Part shown: piece by piece, positions 50,665-60,384 of the stretch
Layout: each line of letters begins with the position of its first letter
Position numbering within the stretch: position 1 is the first letter of the stretch
Source: an uncultured Poribacteria bacterium
Lineage (GTDB): Bacteria; Poribacteria; WGA-4E; WGA-3G
Assembly: GCA_951813565.1 (NCBI GenBank)
Contig: OX638351.1
Coordinates: forward strand, 4,320,001 to 4,384,000
Direction: 5' to 3'
DNA length: 64,000 nt
Notes under the pieces: model-generated
The model's input: only the letters and a program-made list of their open reading frames with translations
The model's database searches: none
What the model was told of the DNA's origin: nothing
Position numbers and translations under genes: made by a program

Positions 50665-53600
50665 ATATAAGACTATTCATCATGCGAAACCCCTACAGTG
50701 AAAACCAACTCGTAGAACAACCCGCAATTGAACTGCTCAAAGAAATAGGATGGCAAACGCAGGACTGTGCTAACGAATTTGAGAACGACAGCAAAATTCG
50801 GACTGGCAGAGCAGCAAAATCTGAAGTTGTGCTAACTGATCGGCTCCGCGCGGCGTTAGTACGGCTCAACCATGATGCACCTGAAGATGTTATTGATTCC
50901 GCTATTGAAGAATTAACGCAATCTCGCAAAGTAATGACCCCTGTTGAAGCGAATCGGGAAATCTACAATCTCCTGAAAGACGGTGTTAAAATAACTGACC
51001 CCGACCCGAACACGCAAGAAGAAACCGTTTCAGTAATTAAAGTAATTGACTGGGAGAATCCAGAAAATAACGACTTCTTCGCAGCGTCACAATTCTGGAT
51101 CACTGGCGAAATGTATACCAGACGTCCAGACCTGATAGGATTCGTCAACGGGATCCCCTTACTCTTAATGGAGTTCAAGGGGATTGGCGAAAACCTATAC
51201 GCAGCCTACATTGACAACCTCCGAGACTACAAAGACACCATCCCCCACCTTTTTTGGTACAACGCCTTAATTATTGTATCCAACGGTTCAAAGAGCCGCG
51301 TCGGGAGTTTTACTGCCGAATGGGAACACTTCACCGAATGGAAACGGATTGAAAGTGAAGATGAACAGCAGAGAGTCTCACTGGAAACACTTCTACGAGG
51401 TGTCTGTGAACCAAAACGATTATTAGATATCGTTGAAAATTTCACGCTGTTTATGGAGATCCAAGGCGGGACAATTAAACTGATCTCAAAAAATCATCAA
51501 TACTTGGGCGTAAACAACGCAATTAAGGCATTGCAGGAAAACAAATCCAATCTTGGAAAACTTGGTGTATTCTGGCATACACAAGGAAGTGGTAAAAGTA
51601 TCTCAATGATCTTCTTTGCACAGAAAGTCCTCAGAAAAATGCGGGGACACTGGACATTCGTTGTCGTAACAGACCGTAAAGAATTGGACAACCAAATTTA
51701 CAAAACCTTCGCGAGTGCCAGCGGTGTCTTAACACAGCAGGAGGTGCATGCAGAAAACATCAAAGACCTCCGTCAACTGCTCAGTGAAGATCACCGTTAT
51801 GTTTTCACGCTTATCCATAAATTTCAGACAGCAGATAATGAACCACATCCAGTCCTCTCTGATCGTGCAGACATTATTGTGATTACCGATGAAGCGCACC
51901 GTAGTCAATACGACACATTGGCGTTAAACATGCGTACCGCGCTCCCGAATGCTGCATATATTGCGTTTACAGGTACGCCTCTAATGGTAGGCGAAGAAAA
52001 GACACGTGAAGTGTTTGGAGACGAAGTGTCAGTATACAATTTTAAGCAATCCGTAGAGGATAAAGCAACCGTCCCGCTCTACTATGAAAATCGCGTTCCC
52101 AGATTGCAATTGACAAATGAGGATTTAAATACCGACCTTGAACAGATTCTTGAGCAGGCGGAATTGGATGAGGCACAAGAAGCAAGACTGGAACGTGAGT
52201 TTGCACGCGAATATCATCTCATCACGCGGGATGAACGTTTAGAAAAAGTTGCAGAAGACATCGTTTCACATTTTATCGGCAGGGGCTATCGGGGGAAGGC
52301 GATGGTCATCTCTATTGATAAACCCACAGCAGTTAAGGTGTACGGTAAAGCACAGAAGTACTGGAGACATAAACTTGAAACTCTGAGATCAGAATTAAAC
52401 AGTGGTGTTGCAAGAGACAGAGAGGAACCACTTGAGGCGTTAATTCAGTTTATGGAAGAAACCGATATGGCCGTGGTGGTGTCACAATCACAAAACGAAA
52501 TTGACGATCTGAGAAGGAGAGGCGTTGACATCAGCCCACACCGACAACGCATGCAAAGTGAGGATTTGGACACCAAATTCAAAAACCCAGATGATCCTTT
52601 CCGTATTGTTTTCCTCTGTGCAATGTGGACCACAGGTTTTGATGTCCCTTCATGTTCAACAATTTATCTTGACAAACCGCAACGCAACCATACCTTAATG
52701 CAGACAATTGCAAGAGCTAATCGTGTGTTTAAAGATAAAGTCAACGGGTTAATCGTTGACTACATAGGCGTTTTTCGTAACCTTGAAAAAGCACTTGCTA
52801 TTTATGCTACAGGATCTAACGGGAACGGAAGTAATCCAATTGCGGATAAGTCAGAACTTATTGAGGAACTCAGAGAAGCAATTACAGAAATTTCTGATTT
52901 TTGTAGTAACCTTGGAATTGACTTTTCCAGAATCCAGGTGACTGATAGCCTGCAGCAAATCCAATTAATTGACGAAGCAGTAAATCTTATTCTGGTCAAC
53001 GATCAAACCAAAAATGACTACCTCGAACAAGCAAACAAAATCTATAAATTATTCAAAGCAATTCTCCCTGACACTGCAGCGAATGAGTTCATCGGGATAT
53101 GTTCATTGCTAAACATTATCGCTCGGAAAATAAAGAATCTCCGTGAACCCGTTGACATCTCCGAAGTCGAAAATGCAGTAGAAGAATTACTGGACCGCTC
53201 AATCGCCCCTGAAGGTTACATCATCAGTGCTGGTCAAAATGCCTATGGCTCAGAACAAATTGACTTAAGCCAAATTGACTTCGAACAACTGGCTGAACAA
53301 TTCAACACTGAACACAAACGCACTCAAGCTGAAAAACTCAAGGGAGCGATAAATAGAAAACTATCAGAGATGATTCAACTCAACAAAAGTCGCATGGATC
53401 TTCAAGAGAAATTTGAACAGATGATTGCGGAGTATAACGAAGGTCATATTAGCGAAGACCAACATCTTGAGGAAATTTTTGATTTTCTGAATGAACTTAA
53501 TCAAGAGGAAGAACGTGCTGAATCAGAAGAACTCTCGGAGGAGGAATTAGCGGTATTTGATCTTCTAACTAAAGCTGAACCACGCTTGACTGTGCCGCAG

Positions 53601-53801
53601 CGAGAAGAAGTGAAAACTGCTGTGAAGGGATTACTTGAAACTCTCAAACAAGAGAATTTGGTTTTAGATTGGCGTAAACAGCAACAATTGTGTGCCCAAA
53701 CTGAAATGGCTGTTCAAACAATTGTACTGCCACCGGAAATTCGGGCCACTCTCTAAGACAAGATTATGGTATAATATCCATCTACTTGAAAGGAGTATCC
53801 G

Positions 53802-54092
53802 ATGGCGAAACGAAAACGAAGAAACTTCACTCCCGAGTTTAAAGCCGAAGTTGTTCTTGAGGCACTGAGCGGTCAAAGTTCCCAAGCAGAAGTGTGTCGG
53901 CGACATAGCCTCAGCGATGAACAACTTTCAAAGTGGAAGCGACAGCTTCTTGAAAATGCGGCGACCCTCTTTGAACCCGCTGATAAACAGTCTGATGCCT
54001 CTGCGGATCGGATCGCCCAACTTGAGCAACTCGTTGGGCGGTTGACCCTGGCACTTGACATCCAAAAAAAAGCCTCAACTTACTTGAGTTGA
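53802..54092 (+). CDS. IS3 OrfA (HTH); -1 frameshift site A8G at ~54065-54073
   Basis: RRNFTPEFKAEVV..QLSKWKRQ; CAAAAAAAAG. Confidence 0.92.
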   Translation: MAKRKRRNFTPEFKAEVVLEALSGQSSQAEVCRRHSLSDEQLSKWKRQLLENAATLFEPADKQSDASADRIAQLEQLVGRLTLALDIQKKASTYLS

Positions 54093-54928
54093 CCCCGATG
54101 GAGCAGCGAGAAATGGTTGAAGCATTACGGATAGACTTTTCGGTTCGGCAGATATGTGAGACGCTCGGTTTCAACCGAAGCAATCTCTATTATCACCCCA
54201 AGCAGGACCCGTGTGAAGCGGGCCTCCGGGATGAAATAGAGAAGTTATCTTTGCTATATCCAACATACGGATATAGACGTATCACACAGTTGTTAGTGCG
54301 TGGCGGATACACCATCGGGTATAAGCGTGTTGCCCGATTGATGAAATCCGCCAACCTCTCGGTTTCTGTCAAACGTGTCTGTCAAACCACGACATCCGTT
54401 GCGGGTGTGCGTCCCTGGGGTAATCGCCTTGAAAACCTTGATGTCTCCCGATGTGATCAGGTCTGGGTAGGCGATATTACCTACGTCCGTCTCAAAGGAC
54501 ACTTCATCTATGTTTGTCTGCTCATGGATGTCTTCACTCGCATGATCAGGGGGTGGCATATCAGTCGACACTTGACGCAATCTCTGGCGTTGAAACCCTT
54601 AGAGACAGCATTATGTCAAAGTGTTCCAGAGATCCATCATTCTGATCAAGGCGTTCAGTATCTTTCAGATGCGTATATCTCACTGCTTAGGTATCATGGG
54701 ATAGAGATTTCAGTCGCCCGAAGAGGGTGTCCTTGGGAGAACGGATATGCTGAAAGACTTATCCGCACGCTCAAGGAAGAAGAAGTTCATCTCAACGCCT
54801 ATGAGAACATCCACGAAGCGAGAGCCCGCATTGGGCATTTTATTACGCAAGTGTATAATCACAAACGCCCTCATTCAGCGTTAGGGTATTTGACACCTGT
54901 GGAATTTGAGCAAAAAAACTTGTCTTAA
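54089..54928 (+). CDS. IS3 OrfB DDE transposase/integrase core
   Basis: YGYRRI, WVGDITY, HHSDQGVQY, ENGYAER..TLKEE, YNHKRPHSALGY. Confidence 0.95.
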   Translation: MTPMEQREMVEALRIDFSVRQICETLGFNRSNLYYHPKQDPCEAGLRDEIEKLSLLYPTYGYRRITQLLVRGGYTIGYKRVARLMKSANLSVSVKRVCQTTTSVAGVRPWGNRLENLDVSRCDQVWVGDITYVRLKGHFIYVCLLMDVFTRMIRGWHISRHLTQSLALKPLETALCQSVPEIHHSDQGVQYLSDAYISLLRYHGIEISVARRGCPWENGYAERLIRTLKEEEVHLNAYENIHEARARIGHFITQVYNHKRPHSALGYLTPVEFEQKNLS

Positions 54929-55160
54929 CTTTGCTAAATTTTGGTCTGAATAAACGGTAGCACTTCAAATTCTTGATCAAGGACTGCCAGAAACCTATAC
55001 GCAAGACATGTTTGAGAAAAAATGGAAGGCAGTATATCAACATGTTTTTGAATCCTATTATGGAGAGGGGAAGAGTGCCTATACTGAAATCACTAATATT
55101 CAAGAACCAGACAATATTACGACTGGCAGATCTGCAGTTACATTATAAAGGTAAGTTTTT

Positions 55161-55934
55161 ATGCTTCTCAAAGACCGTATTAGCATTGTAACAGGTGGTA
55201 GTTCCGGTATCGGACGCGGAATCGCCCTTGAATTCGCTCGCGAAGGCGCGAGTGTTGTAATCGCTGACAAACAGGAATCTCCACTGCAAGGTAAGTATCA
55301 CGAGAAGGATGCCACAACACCAACAGTCCAAGAAATAGAGAAATTAGGCGGGCGGGGAATATTTATCAAAACCGATGTTTCCGATGAATCACAGGTCACC
55401 CGGATGATCCAGCAAACTGTTGAACATTTTGGTGGACTTGATATTCTTGTCAATAACGCTGGTATTCATATTCCCGGTGGATCACAAGATATTTCTATTG
55501 CCGACTGGGACAAAGTTGTTGGTGTAAACTTGCGCGGCGTTTTTATGACAACGAAACTTGCTATTCCGCACCTGAAAAAGTCGAAATTCGGACGGATTAT
55601 CCAAATCGCTTCTGTCCATGCCTACGGTGGCGGTGCGGGACCAGCCTACGCCTCCGCGAAAGCTGCTGTTGTCAACATGGTTCGGGATACCGCTTTAGAG
55701 GTTGGTAAATTCGGAATAACTGTAAACGCTATCTGTCCCGGCTATATTGAGACTGCAATTCAGGATTACCTAACGCCAGAACAAATTGAGGAATCGTTAG
55801 AAAAGACACCCTTGCAACGTTTAGGTCTACCTAAAGACATCGGACGCGCAGCAATTTTCTTCGCGTCGGACGATGCTGCATGGGTCACTGGCACATCTCT
55901 CCTTGTTGATGGCGGTGCCAGTGCCAAGGCATAG
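55161..55934 (+). CDS. SDR-family oxidoreductase
   Basis: TGGSSGIG, NNAG, YASAK, NAICPG. Confidence 0.93.
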   Translation: MLLKDRISIVTGGSSGIGRGIALEFAREGASVVIADKQESPLQGKYHEKDATTPTVQEIEKLGGRGIFIKTDVSDESQVTRMIQQTVEHFGGLDILVNNAGIHIPGGSQDISIADWDKVVGVNLRGVFMTTKLAIPHLKKSKFGRIIQIASVHAYGGGAGPAYASAKAAVVNMVRDTALEVGKFGITVNAICPGYIETAIQDYLTPEQIEESLEKTPLQRLGLPKDIGRAAIFFASDDAAWVTGTSLLVDGGASAKA

Positions 55935-55986
55935 TAAATACTATGATGGATTTTCTTGTGGGAGGAGTTTCCAACCCGATTTTCCA

Positions 55987-56535
55987 ATGCCAACCAAAAC
56001 ACACACCACAGCAGTTGTCCTCATTCCGCCAGAGGCGATACAGCCGCCTATCCAAGCAATCCGTAGTATCCATGACCGCAATTTCGAGCGATGGATGCCG
56101 CACATAACACTGCTTTACCCATTTGCACCGCAACAAGATTTTCAAGATATTATCCCAGCACTTGCAAAAGTTGCACAACAGACAACACCGTTTTCTGTAA
56201 TACTTGCATCTTTCAATGCTTTTCGCCACAAGAAATCATGCACACTTTTCCTCGTGCCCGAACCCAAAAACGAAATCGTACAACTACATAGCACACTTAC
56301 TGAATATCTTCCAGACTACGACGACACGGCACGATTTACTGGTGGATTCAACCCACATCTCTCAGTCGGACAATTCCAGCACCAATCTCTCAATGACGCA
56401 CAACAGCAATTACAAAATGAGTGGAAACCAATTCAGTTTGAGGTCGAATCTCTATCACTTATCTATAGATCAAAAGAAACAAACGATAAATTTGTTGTTT
56501 CTGAAAGCTTTCTCTTTCAGAAAAGGAGTGAATAA
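55987..56535 (+). CDS. 2H phosphoesterase / 2'-5' RNA ligase family protein
   Basis: Two HxT/S motifs: PHITL and PHLSV. Confidence 0.85.
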   Translation: MPTKTHTTAVVLIPPEAIQPPIQAIRSIHDRNFERWMPHITLLYPFAPQQDFQDIIPALAKVAQQTTPFSVILASFNAFRHKKSCTLFLVPEPKNEIVQLHSTLTEYLPDYDDTARFTGGFNPHLSVGQFQHQSLNDAQQQLQNEWKPIQFEVESLSLIYRSKETNDKFVVSESFLFQKRSE

Positions 56536-57071
56536 TGAACACAAAATCTATCATATCGTCCATCTTAACCTTAGTTTTATAGTAAAAACCATAATTATTT
56601 ACACACTACAAATCAACGCTAAATGCGCCTATGGCATTCGTCCAAATCAACGCTGAATACACCTATGGTATTCAGCGGGTTCGGTTTCCCGCCAAATACG
56701 CCAAACCAACGCCAAATGCGCGTATGGCATTTGGCGTATTTGGCGTTGATTCACCGAACCGGTGTTTATTCAGTCTCATAGTTCGGCAGAATGCGCTTGG
56801 TAGAATGCGCGCATGGCATTCTGCATGATTCTTCTGCATTGGTTAGGAAACCGCATCTACCAGGGAGTGTGCACATATTTTCGGATTTTACTATAAAAAC
56901 GCAGAAACGCTTGATCCCACTGCTATTCGGGATGCCTTGATAAAAGTCACTGACTACCAAGGTGCATCCACCATTTCACGTTTTGATGAAAATCGACACC
57001 CGGTCAAAAGTCTATTGCTCCACACTATTCGCGATGAACAGATAGTCCTCTACAAAGCCGTTGATCCATAG
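56535..57071 (+). pseudogene. Remnant of a branched-chain-amino-acid-type ABC substrate-binding protein; middle replaced by a MITE
   Basis: RBS + MNTKSIISSILTLVL before the MITE; KNAETLDPTAIRDAL..YQGASTISRFDENRHPVKS..* after it. Confidence 0.7.
56578..56895. mobile_element. MITE with TATAGTAAAA TIRs filled with tandem and nested 34-nt hairpin units
   Basis: TATAGTAAAAACCATAATTATTTACACAC...GTGTGCACATATTTTCGGATTTTACTATA; units at 56609-56642, 56643-56676, 56702-56735. Confidence 0.78.
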
Positions 57072-57154
57072 CGGAAAACGATTCAAGTGTGGTAAATTTC
57101 TCCCAAAATGAAGATGATGTGGTTTATGACAATGCATGTATATCCATCACTATG

Positions 57155-57204
57155 AAAGCAATTGACAAGTACAGCTTGAAGATGTATAATTTTAACAAAG
57201 CAAT
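57155..57204 (+). promoter_or_regulatory. Repeated promoter module, diverged copy 3
   Basis: AAAGCAATTGACAAGTACA..GAAGATGTATAAT..AACAAAGCAAT (TTGACA-17-TATAAT). Confidence 0.7.
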
Positions 57205-57219
57205 AGGAGGTGAACGCCC

Positions 57220-58410
57220 ATGTCGGAACAAAAAGTGTTTTTAGAGCAAATTAATATTAAAAACTTCTTGAGTTTGCGTAATGTTACACTTTCGCTCAAG
57301 CCACTTACTGTTCTCGTTGGACCTAATGCAAGTGGAAAATCAAATATCTTGAGTGCTTTGAATCTTCTAAACACGATGACGATTGCTGAAAATCCCCCAC
57401 CGCCTAAATTCATTCAAGATCGTCTGTGGGCAGGAAAAGAAAACAACGTTTTTTTTCAACTGCATACCAAGGTGGAAACAACTTCAGCAGAATATAGACT
57501 AGAAATTTCATCCAAATCTGATAATCCTATTGTTGCTGAAGAATTATTAGTAAAGGATCAAAAAAATGTTCAAGCCATCTTTATTGAAAATGGAGAAGGT
57601 ACGGTTCAGGATGAAGATGGCAGCAACAAAACTAATTACAAGTCCAACAAGCTTGCTTTGAAATCTGCTGGCGATTATGGAAACAAACCTATTACCCGGA
57701 CCTTAACTGAGTTTATCAAAGGTTGGGAGTTTTATGATTTTCAACCAGGATACATGCGAGGTGGTGTTACTAGATTGACTGAAATTTTATCCGGAGAATC
57801 TGAAGCGTTGCCCGAATCACCAAAATTAGATGATGATGGCTCTACATTACCTATACTACTTTCGTACTGGTACGAGAATGATCGGCAACGTTTCAACAAG
57901 GTGAGTGAATCTCTCCAAAGATGCACGAATATCAGAATTGACTTCTGTGTACTTGATGGAGATCGTCAACTGTGCCTTTCAGAAGGATATGAGAGACCGA
58001 TTCTTTTAAAGAGAGCATCTGATGGCACATTGCGTTTGGTTGCCTATTATATCTTGCTAAACGAACCTGAATTGCCCTCGCTCATTGCCATTGAAGAACC
58101 TGAACGAAACCTTCACCCTGGCGCGCTGACTGATATTGCTAACATCCTTGAGCAACTTTCCGAACGAACACAAGTGATAATCACAACACATAGTTCCCAA
58201 CTTCTTGATGCCTTTAATCCTGACAACTTGTCCGATTCCCTTGGTGTCTTACTATTACGCAACCGTCCTGGCCTCGGTACAGAAGTGCTCAATCTTGAGG
58301 AAATCCGTGGAAAAAGGGAAGCACTCAACGGTTGGATTGCTGATTTTGGAATCGGCAGCGCGATTTTTGATAGTGAACTGCTGCAAGACCTGATGGAGGA
58401 ACCGGTATGA
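57220..58410 (+). CDS. ABC-type AAA_21/AAA_15 ATPase (defence-associated family)
   Basis: GPNASGKS, ASDGTLR signature, IEEPERNLHP, TTHS. Confidence 0.9.
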   Translation: MSEQKVFLEQINIKNFLSLRNVTLSLKPLTVLVGPNASGKSNILSALNLLNTMTIAENPPPPKFIQDRLWAGKENNVFFQLHTKVETTSAEYRLEISSKSDNPIVAEELLVKDQKNVQAIFIENGEGTVQDEDGSNKTNYKSNKLALKSAGDYGNKPITRTLTEFIKGWEFYDFQPGYMRGGVTRLTEILSGESEALPESPKLDDDGSTLPILLSYWYENDRQRFNKVSESLQRCTNIRIDFCVLDGDRQLCLSEGYERPILLKRASDGTLRLVAYYILLNEPELPSLIAIEEPERNLHPGALTDIANILEQLSERTQVIITTHSSQLLDAFNPDNLSDSLGVLLLRNRPGLGTEVLNLEEIRGKREALNGWIADFGIGSAIFDSELLQDLMEEPV

Positions 58411-58946
58411 TAAGCGTAAGAGTCTGGAACGTCGGATCGGACAGTAGCACTAAGGCAGTCGAATTTTTGGAGGATGAGTTTTTGAGATCACGGCAGCTTG
58501 GACACTTGGCAATCCGATCAGTAGGAAGAAGTGCATTTCGTAAGTGCCATAGAATGGGTGCTCCTGTGAATGACAGTCTGAGGAAGGCAATCCAACACTA
58601 CCTTAACCAAGATGATTATATAGTTTTCGTTACTGACGTTGCCAATTCAAAGTTAAAAAATCAAAAACTTGTTGAACATATTAGACATGTCGTCAAAGGT
58701 AGCGATTTTGCTGACAAGATATATTTTGCACCAGATATTCAGAATAGTGAATCATCAGTAAATGCAGCGTGGCAAAGCCTTACTTCGGACTTCCGTGCTA
58801 AAGTTGAAAGTGAGCGTAAACAGTTTCAGAAGGAATGGGATAAAGTTACAACTCGCTTCCACGATGTTTTTGCCGACACGCCAGAGGAAGAAGTGATACG
58901 CGATTTTGAGGAAGCACTCGCTGAGGTGAGGCGTGAACGAAAATGA
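58407..58946 (+). CDS. Hypothetical protein: ATPase-partner-like N-terminus and antitoxin-like acidic C-terminus
   Basis: ATGA overlap with the ATPase; YIVFVTD strand; FADTPEEEVIRDFEEALAEVRR tail overlapping the PIN gene. Confidence 0.6.
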   Translation: MISVRVWNVGSDSSTKAVEFLEDEFLRSRQLGHLAIRSVGRSAFRKCHRMGAPVNDSLRKAIQHYLNQDDYIVFVTDVANSKLKNQKLVEHIRHVVKGSDFADKIYFAPDIQNSESSVNAAWQSLTSDFRAKVESERKQFQKEWDKVTTRFHDVFADTPEEEVIRDFEEALAEVRRERK

Positions 58947-59391
58947 GAACCGATGGCGCGTTTACCGGGCGACATTTGACACCAACATTTTCGTCCGTTC
59001 ACTTATTCGTAAAGGTAATCTTGCTAACCGTCTTTTATCACTTTGGCAAGCAGGACGATTCGTTCTCGTCTTATCGCACGCTATTATTGATGAAGTTCAG
59101 ACGGTCTTATCAAGTTGTAAAATGCTCCGACAATATCGCTATACATTGGACGAAGTCGCAAACCTGATTGATCTTCTGTACCGAGCAAGTATTGTGGAGA
59201 TCACTTCTTCATTTGAACTCTGTCGGGATGCTACCGATAACATGTTCCTTGATTGTGCAGTCTCAGGACGAGTCCAATTCTTGGTATCAACTGACAAAGA
59301 TCTTATAGATGATGCCGAACTTAAGCAGGCTATGTTTGAATTTGAGATTGTTGAACCACCTATTTTCTTAATGAAATTAGAAGTGGTGTAA
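58933..59391 (+). CDS. PIN-domain toxin (PIN_3 type)
   Basis: ATFDTNIF, IIDEV, CRDATDNMFLDCAV, LVSTDKDL. Confidence 0.9.
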   Translation: MNENENRWRVYRATFDTNIFVRSLIRKGNLANRLLSLWQAGRFVLVLSHAIIDEVQTVLSSCKMLRQYRYTLDEVANLIDLLYRASIVEITSSFELCRDATDNMFLDCAVSGRVQFLVSTDKDLIDDAELKQAMFEFEIVEPPIFLMKLEVV

Positions 59392-59461
59392 ACTAATTGT
59401 CTAACCCTTCACAAAATGCTATAATGCAAGCATATCCTATCTCAATCAAGAATAACTTCGC

Positions 59462-60376
59462 ATGAAACATTTCTACCTACTATTTCCAATCCTCATTTTC
59501 TTCCTCAGCTGTTCTTCCCCCCAACCGGTAGAAATATCCGATCAAAACTTAGCTGGAGCGGTCCGAGAAGCGTTGGGTTTAGCACCAAGCGAACCGATCC
59601 TACAAAAGAATTTGGATGAATTACAGACACTGGCTGCATCAAACGCAGGTATAACAGATTTAACAGGTCTTGAAGAAGCAACAAATTTATCAAGTTTAGA
59701 ACTTGATAGGAATCAAATTACAGACATCACACCGTTAACAGATTTAGTGCAGCTAACAGATTTAAATCTCCGCATGAACCAAATCACCGACCTAACACCA
59801 CTTGCGGGGATGACAAAACTTACGAAATTGGAAATCAGTGGGGATAAAATCAACGACATCACACCGATCAAAAACTTGACACAACTTACAGAACTTTCAA
59901 TCTCAAATTGTCAAATCAGCGATATATCACCGCTAAAGAACCTGAAACAACTGACTAACCTATCAATTTCAAAGAGTCAGATCAGCGATATTACACCACT
60001 TACAGAGTTGACACAACTGAAAGAATTAACGCTTTCGTACGGGAAAATTAGCGACATCATACCACTTGCAAACTTGACAGAGCTTACCGATTTGTGGCTT
60101 GTTTCTAACCAAATTAGCGATATTACACCACTCAAAAACTTGACACAACTCACAGAACTCTGGCTTGTTTCCAATCAAATTAGCGATATTACACCACTCA
60201 AAAACCTAACGCAGCTTAGCAGCCTATTGATTTCTTTTAATCAAATTAAAAATATAAACGCTGTTGAAAATCTCACAAGTTTAAGGGACTTAGGGATTAA
60301 GGGAAATCCTATTCAGAACTTGACACCGGTTTATCGCCTCCGTAAAAAGGTGCCGAATTTAAAACTGAATATGTAA
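59462..60376 (+). CDS. Internalin-like leucine-rich-repeat lipoprotein
   Basis: Lipobox FLSC, ISDQNLAGAVREALG cap, ~11 22-aa repeats LxxLxLxxNQISDITPL. Confidence 0.92.
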   Translation: MKHFYLLFPILIFFLSCSSPQPVEISDQNLAGAVREALGLAPSEPILQKNLDELQTLAASNAGITDLTGLEEATNLSSLELDRNQITDITPLTDLVQLTDLNLRMNQITDLTPLAGMTKLTKLEISGDKINDITPIKNLTQLTELSISNCQISDISPLKNLKQLTNLSISKSQISDITPLTELTQLKELTLSYGKISDIIPLANLTELTDLWLVSNQISDITPLKNLTQLTELWLVSNQISDITPLKNLTQLSSLLISFNQIKNINAVENLTSLRDLGIKGNPIQNLTPVYRLRKKVPNLKLNM

Positions 60377-60384
60377 GTATCCTC

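Larger units (their letters stand above)
53723..54967 (+). mobile_element. IS3-family insertion sequence (1245 bp)
   Basis: TG...CA ends, imperfect IRs TGTACTGCCACCG / CGGTAGCACTTCA, 3-bp TSD AAT. Confidence 0.95.
50682..55148 (+). pseudogene. hsdR: Type I restriction subunit HsdR, interrupted near the C-terminus by IS3 (parts 50682-53722 and 54971-55148)
   Basis: RPDLIGFVNGIPLLLMEFK, HTQGSGKS, DEAHRSQY, FTGTP, QTIARANR; removing the IS restores VQTILDQGLPETY...YQHVFESY. Confidence 0.93.

Noticed and set aside
50418..50681. N-terminal extension of HsdR in the ORF track
   Set aside because: Overlaps the PIN gene and the RelE relic in another frame; the HsdR-like sequence starts at ATG 50682
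48685..50700. Integron cassette array
   Set aside because: No integrase and no recognisable attC sites; the cassettes carry their own promoters
56609..56735. CRISPR array made of 34-nt repeats
   Set aside because: Units are abutting or nested with no unique spacers and are dispersed; no cas genes
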